The position numbers were made by a program, and so were the translations under genes. The notes beneath the pieces are model-generated. The model was given only the letters and a program-made list of their open reading frames with translations. It made no database searches and was not told the DNA's origin. From a virus (Duplodnaviria > Heunggongvirae > Uroviricota > Caudoviricetes), in the IMG/VR virus record IMGVR_UViG_3300021963_000036: a stretch of DNA of 64,000 nucleotides; one strand, 5' to 3'. Below are positions 10,211 to 17,888 of this stretch, piece after piece. How positions within the stretch are numbered: the first letter of the stretch is position 1; each line of letters begins with the position of its first letter.

Positions 10211-11860
10211 GTGACAACAAATTATGTGAATGTGAAAAGGGTACTCAGTGAAGCCCAAAAGAAACGCTTAGAAAATCATACGCCAACTGTTGTTGAACAG
10301 GATGGCAAGTTAGTCACAACCTTTGAGACCATCAATATCTCAGGTAAAGGGCAGAAGACAAACAAACTCATTACGGTTCTTCCAGCTGAAGAAGAGCAAG
10401 CAGTTCCATTTGCCGATGCGGAGTTTCTATATCGTGACCTGATTCAAGTCAATGCGATGTTGACAAACGCATGTAACCTCAGTTGCTCTTACTGCTACGA
10501 GCAACACAATAAAGACTTTGGTCGATTCACAAAAGAATCCCTTAAGCAAGTCTATGATTGGATGAACTCTCGTAACAATGGCAAGAAGAAGGTGTTCCAA
10601 TTCTTTGGTGGTGAACCCCTTATCCATAAGCCTCTGATTAAAGAGTTTCTCGAAACCTACGATGAAGAGTTGTCGGGTAACTATAAAGACTATCGTGGCA
10701 CATACATTTCGATGTGTACAAACGGACTTCTATTGAATGATGAATTCATTGAGTTCTACTTTGGTAAACCATACACTCACATGATGTTGAGTCTTGATAC
10801 CCTCAATTCTGCAATTGATCATAGAGAAATCACTCCTGCACAGCTGAACAAAGTTCTCAAGAGTATCGACAAGATCGTAGAAGTTCTCGGTGATGATGCG
10901 AACCGTCTTGTGATTCGAGCTACGCTCTCACAAGAGACTTCACGTGACATGAAGAACTTCATCGAGACCTTGTATGACCACGGAATTCGTAACATGGTTG
11001 TTCATCCACTCGTGCTTGACTCAAGACATGGCTACATCTCATGGAAAGACGATAACTGGCAGAATATGCGAAATGCAATCTTCGGTGCACTTGAGAAGTA
11101 TGAAGACCTTTACATTCGATTCTCTGAAGGTGTTGGTCTGAAGGAAGATAGCAACTGCATGGTTGGCTCACATATGGTGGCTATCGATGCGTCTGGTGAC
11201 TTCTCAGGTTGCTACTTCTTTACGAATCAGAAATCTAATGGCGCTGACATCGCTGTGCTCGGGAATGTGTTCCAGGATCGTGTATACATAGATCGGTACA
11301 AGAAGTTTCAAAGCGCTTATCAGGAGATGTTCGACACAGAAGAGCAGTGTCGAACCTGCGACTATCAGGATGCTTGCTATCAATGCCCTGCTGGTAATAT
11401 GGATACTGGTTCGAGAATCTTCCGCCCTGACGATATGTGCCAAAAGATTGTAAAGCTTTACGTTGACTTCCAACATGACGTAGCAAAGAAACTATTCATG
11501 CGACACGTGAAGAAACGATACACTCGACTGCAAGAACATGGTGAAAAAGTCTTAGCTGCGGAGTTGCAGTACTTTTATGAGAAATTTAATGGGAGCGGCA
11601 TAGATGATTTTGAGCATTATTTACGGATGGATCTTCCTCATTATAGTGATGTCATACGTGCCTGGACCGTGGACAGCGAAACCCAAGCAGCCGATCTACG
11701 TTCGCTCTACAACGTCCTCGCAAAAAGATTCGACAAACCAAGAATCGATATCGAAATCACATCTGACTTCATAAAGTGTTATTATATCCAATGCATATCG
11801 ACGATCATCTTCGACAAGAACAGAATGAACGAAGTCAAACTTACGACTTTGCTGGAATAA
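10211..11860 (+). CDS. Radical SAM/SPASM protein
   Basis: CNLSCSYC, FFGGEPL, SPASM-like CMVG...GCYFF and CRTCDYQDACYQCPAG...C. Confidence 0.85.
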   Translation: MTTNYVNVKRVLSEAQKKRLENHTPTVVEQDGKLVTTFETINISGKGQKTNKLITVLPAEEEQAVPFADAEFLYRDLIQVNAMLTNACNLSCSYCYEQHNKDFGRFTKESLKQVYDWMNSRNNGKKKVFQFFGGEPLIHKPLIKEFLETYDEELSGNYKDYRGTYISMCTNGLLLNDEFIEFYFGKPYTHMMLSLDTLNSAIDHREITPAQLNKVLKSIDKIVEVLGDDANRLVIRATLSQETSRDMKNFIETLYDHGIRNMVVHPLVLDSRHGYISWKDDNWQNMRNAIFGALEKYEDLYIRFSEGVGLKEDSNCMVGSHMVAIDASGDFSGCYFFTNQKSNGADIAVLGNVFQDRVYIDRYKKFQSAYQEMFDTEEQCRTCDYQDACYQCPAGNMDTGSRIFRPDDMCQKIVKLYVDFQHDVAKKLFMRHVKKRYTRLQEHGEKVLAAELQYFYEKFNGSGIDDFEHYLRMDLPHYSDVIRAWTVDSETQAADLRSLYNVLAKRFDKPRIDIEITSDFIKCYYIQCISTIIFDKNRMNEVKLTTLLE

Positions 11861-12894
11861 GATCTGTCACAATCTATCTTGGCGATACGTGCAACTTCGA
11901 CTGCGTCTACTGTGATAGAGCATATATTAAGCACGACATTGGTTCACAGAACCTGAACAAATCTGACTTTGACGACATCATAGAGTTTATGAAAGTCGTT
12001 AAAGAACAAGCCAAAGATCTGAAAGCAATTTCATTTCATGGTGGCGAACCATTTTTATATGTGAAGAGAATGGACGAATTACTCGACGCGCTTGATCCGA
12101 TCTTTGGCAAAGACATGGAATACTACATCACGTCGAATGGATCGAAGATCGTTGAGAATGAATGGTTCTTTCAGAAGTGGCCAAAGATTCATATCACTCT
12201 GAGTTACGACTTTAATTATCAATTAGTCAATAGAGAATATGTAGACCTGAAAGCAATTTCAGATGTAATCTATCGTAACGATTGCTACATGATGTTTCAG
12301 TTTGTTATTCCACCAGACGGTTTTGGTGAAGACACACTTGCTGAAGTAATTCGATCATGCAAACTGGCTCGATGCGATACTATCAATATCATTCCACTTC
12401 GGCATCATCGTGGCGCAAGAAAGTTCAAAGTCCTTATTGACGATTTTGATATGAAGTGGTATAGTGTTTACTTAATGCGGTTCATTCATACGCTGTATGT
12501 ACAAGGAATCACTCTCAACATCGACGGAAACTATCATGGCATCGACAAACAATACTTAAACAACCACAGCAAAATGATTCTGAGTCCCGATGGATACGTC
12601 TATCCGGAATTCGATTATCTTGAGTATAAGAGAAAAGAATTTCGAATTGGTAAGTGGAAGGGCGGCATCGAACTCGATCGAGTCAAGGACGAGAATCAAT
12701 TCATTCTTCCCGGCTGTGTCTCGTGTCATATGAGAGACGCATGTGGATTGAAGTATCTCTATAAGATGTTCGATGAAGAGCCAAAGGGAAATTGTGTTGA
12801 CTTCTACACTACTATCAATCTCATGGTGAAACACCTTCATGCGCTCAAACAGAAACCAACTCTGATGCATTGGATTGGGATCGGCGATGGATGA
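11776..12894 (+). CDS. Radical SAM protein with partial SPASM-like C-terminus (start uncertain, 11776 or 11791)
   Basis: CNFDCVYC, FHGGEPF, C-terminal CVSCHMRDAC...C. Confidence 0.8.
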   Translation: MLLYPMHIDDHLRQEQNERSQTYDFAGIRSVTIYLGDTCNFDCVYCDRAYIKHDIGSQNLNKSDFDDIIEFMKVVKEQAKDLKAISFHGGEPFLYVKRMDELLDALDPIFGKDMEYYITSNGSKIVENEWFFQKWPKIHITLSYDFNYQLVNREYVDLKAISDVIYRNDCYMMFQFVIPPDGFGEDTLAEVIRSCKLARCDTINIIPLRHHRGARKFKVLIDDFDMKWYSVYLMRFIHTLYVQGITLNIDGNYHGIDKQYLNNHSKMILSPDGYVYPEFDYLEYKRKEFRIGKWKGGIELDRVKDENQFILPGCVSCHMRDACGLKYLYKMFDEEPKGNCVDFYTTINLMVKHLHALKQKPTLMHWIGIGDG

Positions 12895-13396
12895 ACTATA
12901 TCGAGCTGCATGTAGCGTGAAGACAATTCCGGCAATGAGCTACCACAATTGGAAGACGTGGCACGAATGGCCGTATCGCACGATTGCTGATCATATTACA
13001 CATGACAAAACTATCATCGACGTCGGTGCAGGTTGTGGCTTTCTAAGCATGCATCTTCTCATGACTGGAAAATGTGATAGGGTTATTGCTTACGATACAC
13101 GAGAAACCATGTGTGAGTTCATGTCGATATTGAGTAACGTATTAGGGCTCGCGACTCGACTTGATGTAAAGTGCGAACCTTTCCAAAGTAATCGACATGA
13201 CAACTTAACGGTCTCGACTCGACTTGGGTTTCCAAACATACTATTCAACAACAAAGCTACAACCGTAACGATGGCTCGTACAAAGGAATGTGAGCCGATC
13301 TTTAAGTACGTCGAAACTCCAATTGATTGGAATGAGAAAGTCGCTACTCGTGACGATGGATTCACTATGAGGTTGCTATGGAACTATCAGCAATAA
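12887..13396 (+). CDS. Class I SAM-dependent methyltransferase
   Basis: Motif I IIDVGAGCGFLS followed by VIAYD. ATG at 12887. Confidence 0.7.
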   Translation: MDELYRAACSVKTIPAMSYHNWKTWHEWPYRTIADHITHDKTIIDVGAGCGFLSMHLLMTGKCDRVIAYDTRETMCEFMSILSNVLGLATRLDVKCEPFQSNRHDNLTVSTRLGFPNILFNNKATTVTMARTKECEPIFKYVETPIDWNEKVATRDDGFTMRLLWNYQQ

Positions 13397-13746
13397 TTCT
13401 CCTATACGATGATGATTTTGAAGTTCCTCTCGAAGGAATCTATGGTGTTGTCTATATGATTCCGGGCTTGACAAGGCAATTCCCTTGGTGGATACGTCGA
13501 TTCTCTTTTGCTGAGCATTACCCTATGCCAGATTTTGTAATACCTAATCCAGGAAAGTCAACAGTAATCGGTGTGCCGCTGAGTGAAACTGCTCACGTGT
13601 ATCGCATGGCGATCTTTGGTCAACGTTGGATTGAAGACGTCAATAGAGAAATTGTTTCAACGTTTCCACCTGTGAATGAAGTGAGCGTGCAGGGAGATGA
13701 TTACGTTCCTGACATAGATTTGATGAGGGTTCTCCAAAATGTCTGA
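13378..13746 (+). CDS. Hypothetical protein
   Basis: 122-aa ORF overlapping both neighbours. Confidence 0.55.
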   Translation: MELSAIILLYDDDFEVPLEGIYGVVYMIPGLTRQFPWWIRRFSFAEHYPMPDFVIPNPGKSTVIGVPLSETAHVYRMAIFGQRWIEDVNREIVSTFPPVNEVSVQGDDYVPDIDLMRVLQNV

Positions 13747-14875
13747 TGAAGGCGAAGAGTTCCGTAAGTTCAAAGACCATGACTCGTACTTCATAACTGA
13801 AGATGCGCTCATGCCTCTACATCATGATATAACGTTTAGTCCGACTCGTAAATACTATTGTGCTGCGAATTGCCAAGTTTGTTACATCAAGAAGAAACTG
13901 AACGCACATCTACCGTTCTATTCGGAAGCTATTCCAGAGAAGATCACTAGTGAAGACGAGAAGCGATGGTACGACATTTTTAGTTACTTCTATGTGATAA
14001 GAGTTGTTGACGATCTGAAGTTTTTGAAAGCTCATTACCCTCACATCTATGGTTGGTACAAAGAGCATGCACCGACTTTCGAATACGGCATGACTGACAA
14101 CGCGATCATTCAACAACACGAGACTCTCATGGAACTCGACATGAAGAGTCTATCCGAGGTTGCATTGAGTGAAGAGTTCATGAACAAAGTGAATTCGAAA
14201 AAGAACTATAACAAAGTCATGGAAATCCTGCAAGACTATATTGACAAATACGATCTTCATAAAGTCAAAGTGATCAAGACTTCGAACGAAGAACTTCCAT
14301 ATCATGCAAGAGAACTTGTCGAATGGATCAATGACAAAGGAATCGTTACTTCACTTCACAATGATTATCGTAAAACAAATGTGAATGATAACGAACTTGG
14401 GAATGTTGATCACGATTTGAATGGGCTCTTTGATTATCAGAATAGTCACGTCCTTTGTTATAATGATCGAACGTATCAAGTCTATCGTGGTTCTTTGCAC
14501 CTGTATGGCGATCGATTCTTCTATAGTATTGACGATGCAACTGACATCAATTGGGATCCGTTTCATACGATGAATGGCGACTTCGATCATCAGAAGTTTA
14601 TGACCGATATGATCCAAGGCAAGTTTAATTTGTATTCTAAGTTTGCTAATGAATTAAAGAATGCTGGAAGCGATATCGCAGAAAAATTCCGTAGCTACTA
14701 TATAAATACTACTGACAAGTTTATGGTTGACCGTGAATTCAATTTCATTCCCAATATTATGCTGAGCGACAAATCAAAATACTATCACAAGTTGGTAGAA
14801 CTCGGTTATCGTCCTACTGAAGTTGGATTGTATTTACCAAATGGTTCTCCAAAACCAATTATTGGATTCAGGTAA
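13739..14875 (+). CDS. Divergent radical SAM-like protein
   Basis: CAANCQVC (CxxxCxxC) near the N-terminus; no GGEP and no SPASM cysteines. Confidence 0.55.
   Translation: MSDEGEEFRKFKDHDSYFITEDALMPLHHDITFSPTRKYYCAANCQVCYIKKKLNAHLPFYSEAIPEKITSEDEKRWYDIFSYFYVIRVVDDLKFLKAHYPHIYGWYKEHAPTFEYGMTDNAIIQQHETLMELDMKSLSEVALSEEFMNKVNSKKNYNKVMEILQDYIDKYDLHKVKVIKTSNEELPYHARELVEWINDKGIVTSLHNDYRKTNVNDNELGNVDHDLNGLFDYQNSHVLCYNDRTYQVYRGSLHLYGDRFFYSIDDATDINWDPFHTMNGDFDHQKFMTDMIQGKFNLYSKFANELKNAGSDIAEKFRSYYINTTDKFMVDREFNFIPNIMLSDKSKYYHKLVELGYRPTEVGLYLPNGSPKPIIGFR
14701..14708 (+). promoter_or_regulatory. T4 late promoter
   Basis: Exact TATAAATA about 175 nt upstream of the 14881 ORF. Confidence 0.55.
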
Positions 14876-14880
14876 AAGAA

Positions 14881-15252
14881 ATGGCAATATTAGCAGGAAC
14901 TACTTCTACTGACGTAGCATTATCGTTACGTACAACTTATACTACACCGCTGTTGGCACAAATCGCAAGCGGTAACACAGTGCAAGCTGCGCACATGACA
15001 TTACTCAAAAACTTCATTAATGCTATTGAACCGCATACTCATACGCTAACCGACTATTCTAAAATTCACGAATTTGGAAACACAGATAGTACATTATCAA
15101 CTGTAGATACTGTTACTGCCGTATCAACATCTCCTATATCAGCGACATATGCGACTGGTGGCACCATTACTGCAGCTGATTATACAGCAATGCGTACAAC
15201 TGTAGAGGCACTCAGAGTACACAATCACGCATGGGATGATCTAACGGCATGA
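14881..15252 (+). CDS. Small fibre-like protein with two HxH-motif repeats; putative radical SAM substrate or structural partner
   Basis: Internal repeat ASGNTVQAAH...HTHTLTD / ATGGTITAAD...HNHAWDD, similar to the 10016 protein. Confidence 0.65.
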   Translation: MAILAGTTSTDVALSLRTTYTTPLLAQIASGNTVQAAHMTLLKNFINAIEPHTHTLTDYSKIHEFGNTDSTLSTVDTVTAVSTSPISATYATGGTITAADYTAMRTTVEALRVHNHAWDDLTA

Positions 15253-16523
15253 TGCAATTACCTTGTTATGAACTCAGTGATGGTAGTTCGTTTTATTATG
15301 ACTCTCATTCAAATACAATCTACAACACAGAAGGTGAGCAATTAAGTTTGCCACCTTCAAAAGCTATTGAGTACTACGAAGCTGAAGCGGCGAATCATGG
15401 TGTTGATTATAAGGTCAACAATCCATTTGCGATTCGTATCCTTCTTGGACATGCTTGTAATTACAACTGTACGTATTGCATGCAAAAAGATATTGGAAAT
15501 CCTTTAGAGAGACCGCAGTCAATCTATACCGAAACCTTCATTGTTAATATCAAGAAGAATCTAAATCTCGATAGGCTCAATCGAATCGAACTTTGGGGTG
15601 GTGAACCATTTTTATATTGGAAAGACATGGTCGAGCTTATGAAGTTCTTTGACTCTCCTGATCGAGAGTTCTTCATATCGACAAACGGTTCGGCCTTTGT
15701 ACAAAAACATGTTGACTTCTTCGCGACTTTGAAATCAACTATTCTCATCAGTTGTAGTCATGACGCAGTTGGTCAAAAAGAACTTCGCGGCGACGACATT
15801 CTTGAGAATCCAAAGAAGGTTGACATCATTAAGAAACTGCTTGCACTTCCAAACGTACAACTGGGTTTCTCTTCAGTAGTAAGCAATCAGAACCACGATC
15901 TATACGCGATCAACGATTACTTCAGAGACTTCTGTGATCGCGAAGGCATCAAGGATATGAAGATCACTTTCATTCCAGCAAAGAACTACGACGTGCATGA
16001 TACTGAGATGGCTTCATCGAATTACATCCTTCGTGGTGAGAAACTGAAAGCATTTGCTCAGCACTTATATGACTTTACTCAGGATTCGTTTAAAGATCGA
16101 ACGAAGTTCTTACGTAATAACATCTTGTATTCACCTGAAGGTGTGATCGACTACGCAAAGTTCTTAAGACAGCAGACTCCTATTACAACAAAGTCTGGAT
16201 GTGGTGCCGATTCGAACGATGTATTATCCGTTGATATTCAAGGAAACATTCGCTTGTGTCCTCATACTGACAGTAGTTTTATTGCTGGTAAGTTAGAAGA
16301 CGTCGGGTCTGTAAAGATCAAAGGTATGGACCTTGCCCGTAAGAAAAATCATTGCATGAAGTGCCCAGTAAAACGCTTGTGTAGATCGTCGTGCCCTATC
16401 AAGTTTCCAGATCACGTGTTCTATTCTAATTGCGCACTCGAAAAAGTCTGGTGGGGAAACATTCAACTTCACGCATTCAAATTGTTATTCGGACAAACTG
16501 TGTCCATGAAAGGTACATCATGA
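15249..16523 (+). CDS. Radical SAM/SPASM protein
   Basis: CNYNCTYC, LWGGEPF, CGAD...LCPH, CMKCPVKRLCRSSCP...C. Confidence 0.85.
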   Translation: MMQLPCYELSDGSSFYYDSHSNTIYNTEGEQLSLPPSKAIEYYEAEAANHGVDYKVNNPFAIRILLGHACNYNCTYCMQKDIGNPLERPQSIYTETFIVNIKKNLNLDRLNRIELWGGEPFLYWKDMVELMKFFDSPDREFFISTNGSAFVQKHVDFFATLKSTILISCSHDAVGQKELRGDDILENPKKVDIIKKLLALPNVQLGFSSVVSNQNHDLYAINDYFRDFCDREGIKDMKITFIPAKNYDVHDTEMASSNYILRGEKLKAFAQHLYDFTQDSFKDRTKFLRNNILYSPEGVIDYAKFLRQQTPITTKSGCGADSNDVLSVDIQGNIRLCPHTDSSFIAGKLEDVGSVKIKGMDLARKKNHCMKCPVKRLCRSSCPIKFPDHVFYSNCALEKVWWGNIQLHAFKLLFGQTVSMKGTS

Positions 16524-17266
16524 AACTGAACAAAGCACTCATTGAAGAACATACATCGATGCTACGAAACCATTCGTTGCTTGTGACGAATAATATTCAA
16601 AGCAAAGCTGATCTTCGAATCTTTATGGAACATCACGTCTTTGCTGTATGGGATTTTATGTCACTACTCAAGACTCTTCAAAATGAAGTCGTTCCGAGTA
16701 AGACTATATGGATGCCAACTCGTGGAACACGTTCTGATATCGCACGAATGATCAATGAGATTGTTTTAGGGGAAGAGACTGATATCGCTCCGGGAGGTGG
16801 ATCTATTAGTCACTTTGATCTATACCTTCAGGCGATGTTAGAAGTCAACGCAAGTACTGGTCCTATTTTAACGTTCCTAAACAATCTAGAAACAAACTTG
16901 TCAATACCGTATCATCTTGCCTCGAGGCCAGCTGAGAAGTTCATGCGAAACACATTTGGTACTATCAATCGTGGACCGCATTGTGTTGCTGCATCTTTTG
17001 CGTATGGTCGCGAAACGATCATTCCAGATATGTTCACTCGACTATTAACTCAATTAAATATAAGCAAGCTTGAAGCCCCAAAGTTTCATTATTATCTTCA
17101 AAGACATATCGAAGTTGATGGTGATGAGCATGGCCCAATGTCTGAACATCTCGTTGAATACTTCTGTAATAATGATCCAATTAAGATTCATGAAGCTGAA
17201 CAATCTGCTGTTTCGGCGATCAAAGCCCGTATTGAGTTCTTCAACGATATCGAAAAACTTATGTAG
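16520..17266 (+). CDS. DUF3050-family heme-oxygenase-like (dimetal oxidase fold) protein
   Basis: FMEHHVFAVWDFMSLLK, INEIVLGEETD, SHFDLYL, GRETIIPDMF, RHIEVDGDEHG. ATG at 16520. Confidence 0.75.
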   Translation: MKLNKALIEEHTSMLRNHSLLVTNNIQSKADLRIFMEHHVFAVWDFMSLLKTLQNEVVPSKTIWMPTRGTRSDIARMINEIVLGEETDIAPGGGSISHFDLYLQAMLEVNASTGPILTFLNNLETNLSIPYHLASRPAEKFMRNTFGTINRGPHCVAASFAYGRETIIPDMFTRLLTQLNISKLEAPKFHYYLQRHIEVDGDEHGPMSEHLVEYFCNNDPIKIHEAEQSAVSAIKARIEFFNDIEKLM

Positions 17267-17275
17267 GCAAATTCT

Positions 17276-17283
17276 TATAAATA
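17276..17283 (+). promoter_or_regulatory. T4 late promoter
   Basis: Intergenic TATAAATA followed by an AAGGAG RBS. Confidence 0.8.
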
Positions 17284-17308
17284 GTCATAGAACTTAAGGA
17301 GTAAATCT

Positions 17309-17641
17309 ATGGCTATTAAAGCGAATCTTGTTATAGATCAAGGGTCAACTTTCAGCGCTACAATTGATTTGACCGACACATCTGGTGCTGTTTTTAATCT
17401 TGTAAATTACACAGTTGCTGCACAGATGCGTAAAAATTATGCATCTTCTACTGCTGTATCGTTTGTAGCTAGTCACGGTGGTCTATCTGGTGAAATCAAC
17501 CTATCACTCTTACCATCAACGACAAACGCTCTTGCACCCGGTAGGTATCTCTATGATGTGGAGATAACTTCTCCGGGCGGTGCTGTTACGCGAGTCGTTG
17601 AGGGTATCGTAACCGTAACGCCAGGTATAACGAGAATCTAA
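17309..17641 (+). CDS. Ig-like virion adaptor protein (BppU-N-like)
   Basis: NLVIDQGSTF...GRYLYDVEI...RVVEGIVTVTPGITR, a protein typically found before fibre genes in T4-like phages. Confidence 0.65.
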   Translation: MAIKANLVIDQGSTFSATIDLTDTSGAVFNLVNYTVAAQMRKNYASSTAVSFVASHGGLSGEINLSLLPSTTNALAPGRYLYDVEITSPGGAVTRVVEGIVTVTPGITRI

Positions 17642-17642
17642 C

Positions 17643-17888
17643 ATGAGTATCAAAGCAGTTGTTACACAGGGCATTTCGACTACCGCTAAGGTAACTCCTC
17701 AGCAAAATATTTTAGTCACTAACTACCAAGTAAGTACGAGCAATATTACACTCGATGATCTTTCTGATGTTGTTGTCGGCAATTTGCAGGACGGCGCGCT
17801 TATCACTTACGACGAATCGACACAAACTTGGAGAGCTCAGACTGTGATCGAGAATCCAAACACAGAAATTAACGGAGGATTCTTCTAA
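17643..17888 (+). CDS. Small virion/fibre-associated protein
   Basis: 81 aa with LDDLSDV...GALITYD...W, a fibre-type motif. Confidence 0.6.
   Translation: MSIKAVVTQGISTTAKVTPQQNILVTNYQVSTSNITLDDLSDVVVGNLQDGALITYDESTQTWRAQTVIENPNTEINGGFF

Noticed and set aside
11776-11860. 70-85 nt overlap of two rSAM genes as a programmed frameshift
   Set aside because: No clear slippery sequence; both ORFs have complete rSAM cores, so an overlapping start is the simpler explanation.
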